From positions 124,001 through 188,000 of the forward strand of contig CAXHJY010000161.1 of assembly GCA_964016885.1 (NCBI GenBank): DNA of 64,000 nt, written 5' to 3'. The position numbers were made by a program, and so were the translations under genes. Position 1 is the first letter of the stretch. Every line of letters starts with the position of its first letter. Shown here piece after piece: positions 29,190 through 46,000 of this stretch. The stretch is from Eledone cirrhosa. Lineage: Eukaryota. Below the pieces are notes generated by a model. The model was not told where the DNA came from. It did no database searches and was given only the letters and a program-made list of their open reading frames with translations.

Positions 29190-32100
29190 ACACTGGCACT
29201 GACACAGAAAACAGCAACAACTACAACACTGACACTGAAAGAGAAAACAGCAACAACAACAACACTGGCATTGACACAGAAAACATCAACAACTACAACA
29301 ACACTGGCACTGACAGAGAAAACAGCAACAACTACAACAACACTGGCACTGACAGAGAAAACAGCAACAACTACAACAACACTGGCACTGACACAGAAAA
29401 CAGCAACAACTACAACAACACTGGCACTGACACAGAAAACAGCAACAACTACAACAACACTGGCACTGACACAGAAAACAGCAACAACAACAACACTGGC
29501 ACTGACAGAGAAAACAGCAACAACAACAACACTGGCACTGACAGAGAAAACAGCAACAACAACAACACCGGCACTGACACAGAAAACAGCAACAACTACA
29601 ACAACACTGGCACAGAAAACAGCAACAACAGCAACAACAACACTGGCACTGACACAGAAAACAGCAACAACACTGGCACTGACACAGAAAACAGCAACAA
29701 CAGCAACAACAACCGTGGCACTGACACAGAAAACAGCAACAACAGCAACAATAACACTGGCACTGGCACAGAAAACAGCAACAGCAACATTGGAACTGAC
29801 ACAGAAAACAGCAACAGTAACAACAACAACACTGGCACTGACAAAGAAAACAGCAACAACAACAACACTGGCACTGACACAGAAAACAGCAACAACAACA
29901 ACACTGGCACTGACAGTGAAAATAGCAACAGCAACAACACTGGCACTGACAGAGAAAACAGCAACAACAACAACACTGGCACTGACACAGAAAACAGCAA
30001 CAACAACACTGGCACTGACACAGAAAACAGCAAAAACAACAACAACACTGGCACTGACAGAGAAAACAGCAACAACAACAGTGGCACTGACAGAGAAAAC
30101 AGCAACAACTACAACAACACTGGCACTGACAGAGAAAACAGCAACAACAACAGCACTGGCACTGACACAGAAAACAGCAACAACTACAACAACACTGGCA
30201 CTGACAGAGAAAGCAGCAACAACTACAACAACACTGGCACTGACAGAGAAAACAGCAACAGGAACAACACTGGCACTGACACAGAAAACAGCAACAACTA
30301 CAACAACACTGGCACTAACACAGAAAACAGCAACAACTACAACATCACTGGCACTGACAGAGAAAACAGCAACAGCAACAACACTGGCACTGACAGTGAA
30401 AATAGCAACAACAACAACACTGGCACTGACACAGAAAACAGCAACAACAACAACACTGGCACTGACACAGAAAACAGCAACAACTACAACAACACTGGCA
30501 CTGACAGAGAAAACAGCAACAACTACAACACTGGCACTGACAGAGAAAACAGCAACAACAACAACAACACTGGCACTGACAGAGAAAACAGCAACAACTA
30601 CAACAACACTGGCACTGACACAAAAAACAGCAACAACTACTACAACACTGGCACTGACAGAGAAAACAACAACAACTACAACAACACTGGCACTGACAGA
30701 GAAAACAGCAACAACAACAACACTGGCACTGACACAGAAAACAGCAACAACTACAACAACACTGGCACTGACAGAGAAAACAGCAACAACTACAACAACA
30801 CTGGCACTGACAGAGAAAACAGCAACAACTACAACAACACTGGCACTGACACAGTAAACAGCAACAACTACAACAACACTGGCACTGACACAGAAAACAG
30901 CAACAGCTACAACAACACTGGCACTGACAGAGAAAACAGCAACAACAACAACACTGGCACTGACACAGAAAACAGCAACAACTACAACAACACTGGCACT
31001 GACAGTGAAAATAGCAACAACAACACTGGCACTGACACAGAAAACAGCAACAACAACAACACTGGCACTGACACAGAAAACAGCAACAACAGCAACAACA
31101 CTGGCACTGACACAGAAAACAGCAACAATTACAACAACACTGGCACTGACAGAGAAAACAGCAACAACTACAACAACACTGGCACTGACAGAGAAAACAG
31201 CAACAACAAAAACACTGGCACTGACACAAAAAACAGCAACAACTACAACAACACTGGCACTGACAGAGAAAACAGCAACAACTACAACAACACTGGCACT
31301 GACAGAGAAAACAGCAACAACTACAACAACACTGGCACTGACACAGAAAACAGCAACCACTACAACAACACTGGCACTGACACAGAAAACAGCAACAACA
31401 ACAACACTGGCACTGACAGAGGAAACAGCAACAACAACACTGGCACTGACAGAGAAAAACAGCAACAACAACAATACTGGCACAGACACAGAAAACAGCA
31501 ACAACAACAGTGGCACTGACACAGAAAACAGAAACAACTACAACAACACTGGCACTGACAGAGAAAACAGCAACAACAACAACACTGGCACTGACACAGA
31601 AAACAGAAACAACTACAACAACACTGGCACTGACAGAGAAAGCAGCAACAACTACAACAACACTGGCACTGACAGAGAAAACAGCAACAGCAACAACACT
31701 GGCACTGACACAGAAAACAGCAACAACTACAACAACACTGGCACTAACACAGAAAACAGCAACAACTACAACATCACTGGCACTGACAGAGAAAACAGCA
31801 ACAGCAACAACACTGGCACTGACAGTGAAAATAGCAACAACAACACTTGCACTGACACAGAAAACAGCAACAACAACAACACTGGCACTGACACAGAAAA
31901 CAGCAACAACTACAACAACACTGGCACTGACAGAGAAAACAGCAACAACTACAACACTGGCACTGACAGACAAAACAGCAACAACAGCAACAATAACACT
32001 GGCAGTGGCACAGGAAACAGCAACAGTAACAACAACAACACTGGCACTGACACAGAAAACAGCAACAGTAACAACAACAACACTGGAACTGACAGTGAAA

Positions 32101-35100
32101 ATAGCAACAACAACAACACTGGCACTGACAGTGAAAATAGCAACAACAACAACACTGGCACTGACAGAGAAAACAGCAACAACAACAACAACACTGGCAC
32201 TGACAGAGAAAACAGCAACAACTACAACACTGGCACTGACAGAGAAAACAGCAACAACAACAACACTGGCACTGACAAAGAAAACAGCAACAACTACAAC
32301 AACACTGGCACTGACACAGAAAACAGCAAAAACTACAACAAAACTGGCACTGACAGAGAAAACAGCAACAACTACAACAACACTGGCACTGACACAGAAA
32401 ACAGCAACAACAACACTGGCACAGACACAGAAAACAGCAACAACTACAACAACACTGGCACTGACAGAGAAAACGGCAACAACTACAACAACACTGGCAC
32501 TGGCACAGAAAACAGCAACAACTACAACAACATTGGCACGGAAAACAGCAACAACAGCAACAACAACACTGGCACTGACACAGAAAACAGCAACAACAAC
32601 ACTGTCACTGACACAGAAAACAGCAACTACAGCAACAACAACTGTGGCACTGACACAGAAAACAGCAACAACAGCAACATTAACACTGGCACTGGCACAG
32701 AAAACAGCAACAGCAACACTGGAACTGACACAGAAAACAGCAACAGTAACAACAACAACAGTGGCACTGACAAAGAAAACAGCAACAACAACAACACTGG
32801 CACTGACACAGAATACAGCAACAACAACAACACTGGCACTGACAGTGAAAATAGCAACAACAACAACACTGGCACTGACAGAGAAAACAGCAACAACAAC
32901 ACTGGCACTGACAGAGAAAACAGCAACAACAACAACACTGGCACTGACACAGAAAACAGCAACAACAACAGTGGCACTGACACAGAAAACAGCAACAACT
33001 ACAACAACACTGGCATTGACAGAGAAAACAGCAACAACAACAACACTGGCACTGACACAGAAAACAGCAACAACTACAACAACACTGGCACTGACAGAGA
33101 AAGCAGCAACAACTACAACAACACTGGCACTGACAGAGAAAACAGCAACAACACTGGCACTGACACAGAAAACAGCAACAACTACAACAACACTGGCACT
33201 AACACAGAAAACAGCAACAACTAAAACAACACTGGCACTGACACAGAAAACAGCAACAACTACAACAACACTGGCACTGACACAGAAAACAGCAACAACA
33301 ACAACACTGGCACTGACACAGAAAACAGCAACAACAACAACACTGGCACTGACAGAGAAAACAGCAACAACAACAACACTGGCACTGACAGAGAAAACAG
33401 CAACAACAACAACACCGGTACTGACACAGAAAACAGCAACAACTACAACAACACTGGCACTGACAGTGAAAACAGCAACAACTACAACAACACTGGCACT
33501 GACAGAGAAAACAGCAACAACAACAACACTGGCACTGACACAGAAAACAGCAACAACTACAACACTGGCACTGACAGAGAAAACAGCAACAGCAACAACA
33601 CTGGCACTGACACAGAAAACAGCAACAACAGCAACAACAACACTGGCACTGACACAGAAAACAGCAACAACAACAAAATTGGCACTGACAGAGAAAACAG
33701 CAACAACAACACTGGCACTGACAGAGAAAACAGCAACAACAACAACACTGGCACTGACACAGAAAACAGCAACAACAACAGTGGCACTGACACAGAAAAC
33801 AGCAACAACTACAACAACACTGTCACTGACAGAGAAAACAGCAACAACAACAACACTGGCACTGACACAGAAAACAGCAACAACTACAACAACACTGGCA
33901 CTGACACAGAAAACAGCAACAACTACAACAACACTGGCACTGACAGAGAAAACAGCAACAACTACAACACTGGCACTGACAGAGAAAACAGCAACAACAA
34001 CAACACTGACACTGACAGAGAAAACAGCAACAACTACAACAACACTGGCACTGACACAGAAAACAGCAACAACTACAACAACACTGGCACTGACAGAGAA
34101 AACAGCAACAACTACAACAACACTGGCACTGACAGAGAAAACAGCAACAACAACAACACTGGCACTGACACAGAAAACAGCAACAACTACAACAACACTG
34201 GCATTGACAGAGAAACCAGCAACAACTACAACAACACTGGCACAGACAGAGAAAACATCAACAACTACAACAACACTGGCACTGACACAGTAAACAGCAA
34301 CAACTACAACAACACTGGCACTGACACAGAAAACAGCAACAGCTACAACAACACTGGCACTGACAGAGAAAACAGCAACAACAACAACACTGGCACTGAC
34401 ACAGAAAACAGCAACAACTACAACAACACTGGCACTGACACAGAAAACAGCAACAACAACAACACTGGCACTGACACAGAAAACAGCAACAACAGCAACA
34501 ACAGTGGCACTGACACAGAAAACAGCAACAATTACAACAACACTGACACTGACAGAGAAAACAGCAACAACAAAAACACTGGCACTGACACAGAAAACAG
34601 CAACAACTACAACAACACTGGCACTAACAGAGAAAACAGCAACAACTACAACAACACTGGCACTGACAGAGAAAACAGCAACAACTACAACAACACTGGC
34701 ACTGACACAGAAAACAGCAACAACTACAACAACACTGGCACTGACACAGAAAACAGCAACAACAACACTGGCACAGACACAGAAAACAGCAACAACAACA
34801 GTGGCACTGACACAGAAAACAGCAACAACTACAACAACACTGGCACTGACAGAGAAAACAGCAACAACAACAACACGGGCACTGACAGAGAAAACAGCAA
34901 CAGCAACAACACTGGTACTGACACAGAAAACAGCAACAACTACAACACTGACACTGAAAGAGAAAACAGCAACAACAACAACACTGGCATTGACACAGAA
35001 AACATCAACAACTACAACAACACTGGCACTGACAGAGAAAACAGCAACAACTACAACAACACTGGCACTGACAGAGAAAACAGCAACAACTACAACAACA

Positions 35101-38100
35101 CTGGCACTGACACAGAAAACAGCAACAACTACAACAACACTGGCACTGACACAGAAAACAGCAACAACTACAACAACACTGGCACTGACACAGAAAACAG
35201 CAACAACAACAACACTGGCACTGACAGAGAAAACAGCAACAACAACAACACTGGCACTGACAGAGAAAACAGCAACAACAACAACACCGGCACTGACACA
35301 GAAAACAGCAACAACTACAACAACACTGGCACAGAAAACAGCAACAACAGCAACAACAACACTGGCACTGACACAGAAAACAGCAACAACACTGGCACTG
35401 ACACAGAAAACAGCAACAACAGCAACAACAACCGTGGCACTGACACAGAAAACAGCAACAACAGCAACAATAACACTGGCACTGGCACAGAAAACAGCAA
35501 CAGCAACATTGGAACTGACACAGAAAACAGCAACAGTAACAACAACAACACTGGCACTGACAAAGAAAACAGCAACAACAACAACACTGGCACTGACACA
35601 GAAAACAGCAGCAACAACAACACTGGCACTGACAGTGAAAATAGCAACAGCAACAACACTGGCACTGACAGAGAAAACAGCAACAACAACAACACTGGCA
35701 CTGACACAGAAAACAGCAAAAACAACACTGGCACTGACACAGAAAACAGCAAAAACAACAACAACACTGGCACTGACAGAGAAAACAGCAACAACAACAG
35801 TGGCACTGACAGAGAAAACAGCAACAACTACAACAACACTGGCACTGACAGAGAAAACAGCAACAACAACAACACTGGCACTGACACAGAAAACAGCAAC
35901 AACTACAACAACACTGGCACTGACAGAGAAAGCAGCAACAACTACAACAACACTGGCACTGACAGAGAAAACAGCAACAGGAACAACACTGGCACTGACA
36001 CAGAAAACAGCAACAACTACAACAACACTGGCACTAACACAGAAAACAGCAACAACTACAACATCACTGGCACTGACAGAGAAAACAGCAACAGCAACAA
36101 CACTGGCACTGACAGTGAAAATAGCAACAACAACAACACTGGCACTGACACAGAAAACAGCAACAACAACAACACTGGCACTGACACAGAAAACAGCAAC
36201 AACTACAACAACACTGGCACTGACAGAGAAAACAGCAACAACTACAACACTGGCACTGACAGAGAAAACAGCAACAACAACAACAACACTGGCACTGACA
36301 GAGAAAACAGCAACAACTACAACAACACTGGCACTGACACAAAAAACAGCAACAACTACTACAACACTGGCACTGACAGAGAAAACAACAACAACTACAA
36401 CAACACTGGCACTGACAGAGAAAACAGCAACAACAACAACACTGGCACTGACACAGAAAACAGCAACAACTACAACAACACTGGCACTGACAGAGAAAAC
36501 AGCAACAACTACAACAACACTGGCACTGACAGAGAAAACAGCAACAACTACAACAACACTGGCACTGACACAGTAAACAGCAACAACTACAACAACACTG
36601 GCACTGACACAGAAAACAGCAACAGCTACAACAACACTGGCACTGACAGAGAAAACAGCAACAACAACAACACTGGCACTGACACAGAAAACAGCAACAA
36701 CTACAACAACACTGGCACTGACAGTGAAAATAGCAACAACAACACTGGCATTGACACAGAAAACAGCAACAACAACAACACTGGCACTGACACAGAAAAC
36801 AGCAACAACAGCAACAACACTGGCACTGACACAGAAAACAGCAACAATTACAACAACACTGGCACTGACAGAGAAAACAGCAACAACTACAAAAACACTG
36901 GCACTGACAGAGAAAACAGCAACAACAAAAACACTGGCACTGACACAAAAAACAGCAACAACTACAACAACACTGGCACTGACAGAGAAAACAGCAACAA
37001 CTACAACAACACTGGCACTGACAGAGAAAACAGCAACAACTACAACAACACTGGCACTGACACAGAAAACAGCAACCACTACAACAACACTGGCACTGAC
37101 ACAGAAAACAGCAACAACAACAACACTGGCACTGACAGAGGAAACAGCAACAACAACACTGGCACTGACAGAGAAAACAGCAACAACAACAATACTGGCA
37201 CAGACACAGAAAACAGCAACAACAACAGTGGCACTGACACAGAAAACAGAAACAACTACAACAACACTGGCACTGACAGAGAAAACAGCAACAACAACAA
37301 CACTGGCACTGACACAGAAAACAGAAACAACTACAACAACACTGGCACTGACAGAGAAAGCAGCAACAACTACAACAACACTGGCACTGACAGAGAAAAC
37401 AGCAACAGCAACAACACTGGCACTGACACAGAAAACAGCAACAACTACAACAACACTGGCACTAACACAGAAAACAGCAACAACTACAACATCACTGGCA
37501 CTGACAGAGAAAACAGCAACAGCAACAACACTGGCACTGACAGTGAAAATAGCAACAACAACACTGGCACTGACACAGAAAACAGCAACAACAACAACAC
37601 TGGCACTGACACAGAAAACAGCAACAACTACAACAACACTGGCACTGACAGAGAAAACAGCAACAACTACAACACTGGCACTGACAGACAAAACAGCAAC
37701 AACAGCAACAATAACACTGGCAGTGGCACAGGAAACAGCAACAGTAACAACAACAACACTGGCACTGACACAGAAAACAGCAACAGTAACAACAACAACA
37801 CTGGCACTGACAGTGAAAATAGCAACAACAACAACACTGGCACTGACAGTGAAAATAGCAACAACAACAACACTGGCACTGACAGAGAAAACAGCAACAA
37901 CAACAACAACACTGGCACTGACAGAGAAAACAGCAACAACTACAACACTGGCACTGACAGAGAAAACAGCAACAACAACAACACTGGCACTGACAAAGAA
38001 AACAGCAACAACTACAACAACACTGGCACTGACACAGAAAACAGCAAAAACTACAACAAAACTGGCACTGACAGAGAAAACAGCAACAACTACAACAACA

Positions 38101-40700
38101 CTGGCACTGACAGAGAAAACAGCAACAACAACACTGGCACTGACACAGAAAACAGCAACAACTACAACAACACTGGCACTGACAGAGAAAACGGCAACAA
38201 CTACAACAACACTGGCACTGACACAGAAAACAGCAACAACTACAACAACACTGGCACGGAAAACAGCAACAACAGCAACAACAACACTGGCACTGACACA
38301 GAAAACAGCAACAACAACACTGGCACTGACACAGAAAACAGCAACTACAGCAACAACAACCGTGGCACTGACACAGAAAACAGCAACAACAGCAACATTA
38401 ACACTGGCACTGGCACAGAAAACAGCAACAGCAACACTGGAACTGACACAGAAAACAGCAACAGTAACAACAACAACAGTGGCACTGACAAAGAAAACAG
38501 CAACAACAACAACACTGGCACTGACACAGAAAACAGCAACAACAACAACACTGGCACTGACAGTGAAAATAGCAACAACAACAACACTGGCACTGACAGA
38601 GAAAACAGCAACAACAACACTGGCACTGACAGAGAAAACAGCAACAACAACAACACTGGCACTGACACAGAAAACAGCAACAACAACAGTGGCACCTACA
38701 CAGAAAACAGCAACAACTACAACAACACTGGCATTGACAGAGAAAACAGCAACAACAACAACACTGGCACTGACACAGAAAACAGCAACAACTACAACAA
38801 CACTGGCACTGACAGAGAAAGCAGCAACAACTACAACAACACTGGCACTGACAGAGAAAACAGCAACAACACTGGCACTGACACAGAAAACAGCAACAAC
38901 TACAACAACACTGGCACTAACACAGAAAACAGCAACAACTAAAACAACACTGGCACTGACACAGAAAACAGCAACAACTACAACAACACTGGCACTGACA
39001 CAGAAAACAGCAACAACAACAACACTGGCACTGACACAGAAAACAGCAACAACAACAACACTGGCACTGACAGAGAAAACAGCAACAACAACAACACTGG
39101 CACTGACAGAGAAAACAGCAACAACAACAACACCGGTACTGACACAGAAAACAGCAACAACTACAACAACACTGGCACTGACAGTGAAAACAGCAACAAC
39201 TACAACAACACTGGCACTGACAGAGAAAACAGCAACAACAACAACACTGGCACTGACACAGAAAACAGCAACAACTACAACACTGGCACTGACAGAGAAA
39301 ACAGCAACAGCAACAACACTGGCACTGACACAGAAAACAGCAACAACAGCAACAACAACACTGGCACTGACACAGAAAACAGCAACAACAGCAATAACAA
39401 TGGCACTGACACAGAAAACAGCAACAACAACAAAATTGGCACTGACAGAGAAAACAGCAACAACAACACTGGCACTGACAGAGAAAACAGCAACAACAAC
39501 AACACTGGCACTGACACAGAAAACAGCAACAACAACAGTGGCACTGACACAGAAAACAGCAACAACTACAACAACACTGTCACTGACAGAGAAAACAGCA
39601 ACAACAACAACACTGGCACTGACACAGAAAACAGCAACAACTACAACAACACTGGCACTGACACAGAAAACAGCAACAACTACAACAACACTGGCACTGA
39701 CAGAGAAAACAGCAACAACTACAACACTGGCACTGACAGAGAAAACAGCAACAACAACAACACTGACACTGACAGAGAAAACAGCAACAACTACAACAAC
39801 ACTGGCACTGACACAGAAAACAGCAACAACTACAACAACACTGGCACTGACAGAGAAAACAGCAACAACTACAACAACACTGGCACTGACAGAGAAAACA
39901 GCAACAACAACAACACTGGCACTGACACAGAAAACAGCAACAACTACAACAACACTGGCATTGACAGAGAAACCAGCAACAACTACAACAACACTGGCAC
40001 AGACAGAGAAAACATCAACAACTACAACAACACTGGCACTGACACAGTAAACAGCAACAACTACAACAACACTGGCACTGACACAGAAAACAGCAACAGC
40101 TACAACAACACTGGCACTGACAGAGAAAACAGCAACAACAACAACACTGGCACTGACACAGAAAACAGCAACAACTACAACAACACTGGCACTGACACAG
40201 AAAACAGCAACAACAACAACACTGGCACTGACACAGAAAACAGCAACAACAGCAACAACAGTGGCACTGACACAGAAAACAGCAACAATTACAACAACAC
40301 TGACACTGACAGAGAAAACAGCAACAACAAAAACACTGGCACTGACACAGAAAACAGCAACAACTACAACAACACTGGCACTGACAGAGAAAACAGCAAC
40401 AACTACAACAACACTGGCACTGACAGAGAAAACAGCAACAACTACAACAACACTGGCACTGACACAGAAAACAGCAACAACTACAACAACACTGGCACTG
40501 ACACAGAAAACAGCAACAACAACACTGGCACTGACAGAGAAAACAGCAACAACAACACTGGCACTGACAGAGAAAACAGCAACAACAACAACACTGGCAC
40601 AGACACAGAAAACAGCAACAACAACAGTGGCACTGACACAGAAAACAGCAACAACTACAACAACACTGGCACTGACAGAGAAAACAGCAACAACAGCAAC
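29190..40700 (+). repeat. HOR domain B: two tandem copies of a ~5.72-5.76 kb unit
   Basis: CTGAAAGAG is at 29235 and 34954, TAA ends at 30857/36576 and GTG starts at 31005/36724 (all +5719). A second TAA pair ends at 34293/40050 (+5757). Rare variants GGA ACA, GCAGTGGCACAGGAA, CCGGTA and AAACCAGCA are shared by both copies. Confidence 0.9.
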
Positions 40701-43099
40701 ACGGGCACTGGCAGAGAAAACAGCAACAGCAACAACACTGGCACTGACACAGAAAACAGCAACAACTACAACAACACTGGCACTAACACAGAAAACAGCA
40801 ACAACTACAACATCACTGGCACTGATAGAGAAAACAGCAACAGCAACAACACTGGCACTGACAGTGAAGATAGCAACAACAACAACACTGGCACTGACAC
40901 AGAAAACAGCAACAACAATGGCACTGACACAGAAAACAGCAACAACTACAACAACACTGGCATTGACAGAGAAAACAGCAACAACTACAACACTGGCACT
41001 GACAGACAAAACAGCAACAACAGCAACAATAACACTGGCACAGAAAACAGCAACAGTAACAACAACAACTCTGGCACTGACACAGTAAACAGTAACAGTA
41101 ACAACAACAACACTGGCACTGACAGGGAAAATAGCAACAACAACAAAACTGGCACTGACAGTGAAAATAGCAACAACAACACTGGCACTGACAGAGAAAA
41201 CAGCAACAACAACAACAACACTGGCACTGACAGAGAAAACAGCAACAACTACAACATTGGCACTGACAGAGAAAACAGCAACACAACAACACTGGCACTG
41301 ACAGAGAAAACAGCAACAACTACAACAACACTGGCACTGACACAGAAAACAGCAACAACTACAACAAAACTGGCACTGACAGAGAAAACAGCAACAACTA
41401 CAACAACACTGGCACTGACAGAGAAAAGAGCAACAACACTGGCACTGACACAGAAAACAGCAGCAACTACAACAACACTGGCACTGACAGAGAAAACAGC
41501 AACAACTACAACAACACTGGCACTGACACAGAAAACAGCAACAACTACAACAACACTGGGACTGACAGAGAAAACAGCAACAACAACAACACTGTCACTG
41601 ACACAGAAAACAGCAACAACTACAACAACACTGGCACTGACAGAGAAAACAGCAACAACTACAACAACACTGGCACTGACAGAGAAAACAGCAACAACTA
41701 CAACAACACTGGCACTGACACTGAAAAAAGCAACAACTACAACAACACTGGCACTGACACAGAAAACAGCAACAACTACAACAACACTGGCACTGACAGT
41801 GAAAATAGCAACAACAACAACACTGGCACTGACACATAAAACACCAAACAACTACAACACTGGCACTGACAGAGAAAACAGCAACAACTACAACAACACT
41901 GGCACTGACAGAGAAAACAGCAACAGCAATAACAATGGCACTGACACAGAAAACAGCAACAACAACAACACTGGCACTGACAGAGAAAACAGCAACAACA
42001 ACACTGGCACTGACAGAGAAAACAGCAACAACAACAACACTGGCACTGACACAGAAAACAGCAACAACAACAGTGGCACTGACACAGAAAACAGCAACAA
42101 CTACAACAACACTGGCATTGACACAGCAAACAGCAACAACTACAACAACACTGGCACTGACAGAGAAAGCAGCAACAACTACAACAACACTGGCACTGAC
42201 AGAGAAAACAGCAACAGCAACAACACTGGCACTGACACAGAAAACAGCAACAACTACAACAACACTGGCACTAACACAGAAAACAGCAACAACTAAAACA
42301 ACACTGGCACTGACACAGAAAACAGCAACAACTACAACAACACTGGCACTGACACAGAAAACAGCAACAACTACAACACTGGCACTGACAGAGAAAACAG
42401 CAAAAACAACAACACTGGCACTGACAAAGAAAACAGCAACAACAACAACAACACTGGCACTGACACAGAAAACAGCAACAACAACAACACTGGCACTGAC
42501 AGAGAAAACAGCAACAACAACAACACTGGCACTGACAGAGAAAACAGCAACAACAACACCGGTACTGACACAGAAAACAGCAACAACTACAACAACACTG
42601 GCACTGACAGAGAAAACAGCAACAACTACAACAACACTGGCACTGACAGAGAAAACAGCAACAACAACAACACTGGCACTGACACAGAAAACAGCAACAA
42701 CTACAACACTGGCACTGACAGAGAAAACAGCAACAACTACAACAACACTGGCACTGACAGAGAAAACAGCAGCAGCAACAACACTGGCACTGACACAGAA
42801 AACAGCAACAACAGCAACAACGACACTGGCACTGACACAGAAAACAGCAACAACAGCAATAACAATGGCACTGACACAGAAAACAGCAACAACTACAACA
42901 CTGGCACTGACACAGAAAACAGCAACAACTACAACAACACTGGCACTGACAGAGAAAACAGCAACAACTACAACACTGGCACTGACAGAGAAAACAGCAA
43001 CAACAACAACAACACTGACACTGACAGAGAAAACAGCAACAACTACAACAACACTGGCACTGACACAGAAAACAGCAACAACTACAACAACACTGGCAC

Positions 43100-46000
43100 T
43101 GACAGAGAAAACAGCAACAACTACAACAACACTGGCACTGACAGAGAAAACAGCAACAACAACAACACTGGCACTGACACAGAAAACAGCAACAATTACA
43201 ACAACATTGGCACTGACAGAGAAACCAGCAACAACTACAACAACACTGGCACAGACAGAGAAAACAGCAACAACTACAACAACACTGGCATTGACACAGT
43301 AAACAGCAACAACTACAACAACACTGGCACTGACAGAGAAAACAGCAACAACAACAACACTGGCACTGACACAGAAAACAGCAACAACTACAACAACACT
43401 GACACTGACAGTGAAAATAGCAACAACAACACTGGCACTGACACAGAAAACAGCAACAACAACAACACTGGCACTGACACAGAAAACAGCAACAACAGCA
43501 ACAACAGTGGCACTGACACAGAAAACAGCAACAATTACAACAACACTGGCACTGACAGAGAAAACAGCAACAACAAAAACACTGGCACTGACACAGAAAA
43601 CAGCAACAACTACAACAACACTGGCACTGACAGAGAAAACAGCAACAACTACAACAACACTGGCACTGACAGAGAAAACAGCAACAACTACAACAACACT
43701 GGCACTGACACAGAAAACAGCAACAACTATAACAACACTGGCACTGACACAGAAAACAGCAACAACAACACTGGCACTGACAGAGAAAACAGCAACAACA
43801 ACACTGGCACTGACAGAGAAAACAGCAACAACGACAACACTGGCACAGACACAGAAAACAGCAACAACAACAGTGGCACTGACATAGAAAACAGCAACAA
43901 CTACAACAACACTGGCACTGACAGAGAAAACAGCAACAACAACAACACTGGCACTGACACAGAAAACAGAAACAACTACAACAACATTGGCACTGACAGA
44001 GAAAGCAGCAACAACTACAACAACACTGGCACTGACAGAGAAAACAGCAACAGCAACAACACTGGCACTGACACAGAAAACAGCAACAACTACAACAACA
44101 CTGGCACTAACACAGAAAACAGCAACAACTACAACATCACTGGCACTGACAGAGAAAACAGCAACAGCAACAACACTGGCACTGACAGTGAAGATAGCAA
44201 CAACAACAACACTGGCACTGACACAGAAAACAACAACAACAACAACAACACTGGCACTGACACAGAAAACAGCAACAACTACAACAACACTGGCATTGAC
44301 AGAGAAAACAGCAACAACAACAACACTGGCACTGACAGTGAAAATGTCAACAACAACACTGGCACTGACAGAGAAAACAGCAACAACAACAACAACACTG
44401 GCACTGACAGAGAAAACAGCAACAACTACAACACTGGCACTGACAGAGAAAACAGCAACAACAACAACACTGGCACTGACACAGAAAACAGCAACAATTA
44501 CAACAACATTGGCACTGACAGAGAAACCAGCAACAACTACAACAACACTGGCACAGACAGAGAAAACAGCAACAACTACAACAACACTGGCATTGACACA
44601 GTAAACAGCAACAACTACAACAACACTGGCACTGACAGAGAAAACAGCAACAACAACAACACTGGCACTGACACAGAAAACAGCAACAACTACAACAACA
44701 CTGACACTGACAGTGAAAATAGCAACAACAACACTGGCACTGACACAGAAAACAGCAACAACAACAACACTGGCACTGACACAGAAAACAGCAACAACAG
44801 CAACAACAGTGGCACTGACACAGAAAACAGCAACAATTACAACAACACTGGCACTGACAGAGAAAACAGCAACAACAAAAACACTGGCACTGACACAGAA
44901 AACAGCAACAACTACAACAACACTGGCACTGACAGAGAAAACAGCAACAACTACAACAACACTGGCACTGACAGAGAAAACAGCAACAACTACAACAACA
45001 CTGGCACTGACACAGAAAACAGCAACAACTATAACAACACTGGCACTGACACAGAAAACAGCAACAACAACACTGGCACTGACAGAGAAAACAGCAACAA
45101 CAACACTGGCACTGACAGAGAAAACAGCAACAACGACAACACTGGCACAGACACAGAAAACAGCAACAACAACAGTGGCACTGACATAGAAAACAGCAAC
45201 AACTACAACAACACTGGCACTGACAGAGAAAACAGCAACAACAACAACACTGGCACTGACACAGAAAACAGAAACAACTACAACAACATTGGCACTGACA
45301 GAGAAAGCAGCAACAACTACAACAACACTGGCACTGACAGAGAAAACAGCAACAGCAACAACACTGGCACTGACACAGAAAACAGCAACAACTACAACAA
45401 CACTGGCACTAACACAGAAAACAGCAACAACTACAACATCACTGGCACTGACAGAGAAAACAGCAACAGCAACAACACTGGCACTGACAGTGAAGATAGC
45501 AACAACAACAACACTGGCACTGACACAGAAAACAACAACAACAACAACAACACTGGCACTGACACAGAAAACAGCAACAACTACAACAACACTGGCATTG
45601 ACAGAGAAAACAGCAACAACAACAACACTGGCACTGACAGTGAAAATGTCAACAACAACACTGGCACTGACAGAGAAAACAGCAACAACAACAACAACAC
45701 TGGCACTGACAGAGAAAACAGCAACAACTACAACACTGGCACTGACAGAGAAAACAGCAACAACAACAACACTGGCACTGACAAAGAAAACAGCAACAAC
45801 TACAACAACACTGGCACTGACACAGAAAACAGCAACAACTACAACAAAACTGGCACTGACAGAGAAAACAGCAACAACTACAACAACACTGGCACTGACA
45901 GAGAAAACAGCAACAACACTGGCACTGACACAGAAAACAGCAACAACTACAACAACACTGGCACTGACAGAGAAAACAGCAACAACTACAACACTGGCAC

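Noticed and set aside
13750-42296. Asn-rich frame (TGTDRENSNNYNN)n as an ice-nucleation, adhesin or prion-like protein
   Set aside because: It appears in the ORF track only after frameshifts, is closed by recurring TAA/TGA variants and has no non-repeat domain.
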